Shown here in pieces: positions 62,286 to 64,000 of a stretch of DNA of 64,000 nucleotides. A program made the translations under genes and the position numbers. Origin of the DNA: Tubulanus polymorphus (Eukaryota > Animalia > Nemertea); the NCBI RefSeq assembly GCF_964204645.1, contig NC_134033.1, positions 8,874,655-8,938,654 on the forward strand, written 5' to 3'. How positions within the stretch are numbered: the first letter of the stretch is position 1; each line of letters opens with the position of its first letter. Under the pieces are notes generated by a model, which was not told where the DNA came from, ran no database searches, and saw nothing but the letters and a program-made list of their open reading frames with translations.

Positions 62286-64000
62286 GCAGAGAATACCAGT
62301 TAAGCTGTGAGTGAAATTAATGAAAAGAATTATCGTCATATGGGGTGAACGTTTTACTACACATGTAGTTGAAATTAGCGAATTTCATTTCAACGAGTTA
62401 ACATCACAGAGCAGCGAGCAGCGCCTGATTGAACACTAATCCCATGGTGGCCACATTCACCCCATATATGCGACGGTACGGAAACTTTTTGTGCCAAATG
62501 TATAGGCATTGTATATAAATATACACGCAAACTCTATTGCGATCAGTTCCTCCACAATTCTCAATTCTGTTTTTTTAGTTCTTGAGCTCAAAAAGAACTG
62601 TGGACGGAACCGGTCCTGATGATCATCCTCTCAACGCAAGTTCGTCTCAGATAACTCATACCTCATGTTCTGTACAGACAGAATCTATAATTTATCCTAA
62701 CCTTCAACGGCACGGCTATTCCTCGATCTAAAACAATAATCCACTTAACTGTTGTCCATCGCATAATTGTCAATTGTGAAGAAGTGCATATGAACATTGC
62801 CAATTTACATAACGTCGATTGTCACCTGTCTGCTGGAGTGTCACTGGCTGCTTCTAATTCTGCAATGTGATCGCTGGGAGCGCAAGTATAATGCGATGAC
62901 AAAGAGTTGATCATCGAACTAAGTAAAATAGTATAACAGCTATAGGTTGGAAGGAATAACGGGTGAAATCAAGTTGCACACAATTTTGTCGTTCATGGAG
63001 ATCGATGAGTGGGCAACGCTTAACCCGGTACCGGTACCTCGACAGTTGTGAATTAGACGTAACTCGTTACGTTGTTTTTCCATAGATTGGTTTAGATTTT
63101 AATACCCAGCATTAGAGTTACGATAGACTCCACAGCATCGGATCTTTTGTGGACCATGATTTATATATGTAAAAACATATTACCGACGTATTATCGTGTG
63201 AAATAGTTTGCTTTTTCTCTCGAGATTTGCCGATATATCAGAAATTCGACTCCAGAAAAAGCGACACCAATCGATAATGATCAAGGATACAATGAAATTG
63301 ACTCGTGTCTTTCATATGATAATATGATTAACCACAAAAAGTTTTTCTGTGATGTTTCTGTTCTTTTAGTCTAGGGTCAAATTATTTATATTTGTGCAGA
63401 AGCTGGTTTCTGTTGACCTCGATGTTTTTTTCAACCTAAAAAAACCTCGCAAGTCATTGTTACATTATTCATTTTCAAGATGTTTTCCAAATTCATGTAC
63501 GGCCTACATATTTAAATAATATTTCCCTTTTCTTGAGAAACATTTTTTTCGTATTTTCGTCTGGTATTCATTAGGCAGCCATCAATGTAAGTCATATAAC
63601 TGATTGTACATCCAAGGCAGACGGTGAAATCCCATTCTTTATGAAGGGTAGTCAAACATTTCTTCCGAAGTTTATCTTTTATACAATGTTTTAAGTGATT
63701 ACAGTTTGAAAGTTACATGTACATGTATATTGTAAAACAATGTTGAGGAATATTGATGTCCACGAGGATTGGGGTACCGGCACGGTGAATATACCGGTAT
63801 GCATAGTTAAATATATCCGCACGGGAAGGTTATCGTTATAAATCTGTAAATATAATGCCCCTTTGTACCGTTGTATAAATATACGAATTGAATATTTTAA
63901 AATCCATATTTGAAAATTTACTTTCGGTGGTTGTCTTTTAGTCGAGAAAGGATAGTGCGATTGATATGCATCTTTAATGGAGATACCTGGAGACGAGGCA

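Overview
AT-rich, repeat-dense metazoan (probably invertebrate) genomic DNA. The backbone is one spliced + strand gene for a K+-dependent Na+/Ca2+ exchanger (SLC24/NCKX family): 13 phase-consistent exons from ATG 13747 to TAG 62285, about 649 aa, plus one possible extra loop exon. Its introns and 5' flank hold a degenerate APE-type LINE, Penelope remnants (one with a minimal hammerhead ribozyme motif), a Harbinger MADF remnant, tRNA-derived SINE-like repeats, many MITE/foldback elements and a ~10 kb Gypsy LTR retrotransposon. Two things stand out. (1) Four related copies (19.4-22.5, 24.5-26.3, 27.8-30.7, 44.1-47.9 kb) of a very AT-rich element with Polinton/Maverick-style AGT...ACT ends and, in one copy, a 6-bp TSD. 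Its termini are 120-340 nt fold-back hairpins, and it carries a modular cassette of small intronless virus-like ORFs (C2H2 zinc fingers, membrane peptides, LC8-type motifs). (2) The Gypsy element has an uninterrupted SGNH/GDSL hydrolase-like ORF where env would normally be. All coordinates were read by eye and no database searches were run.
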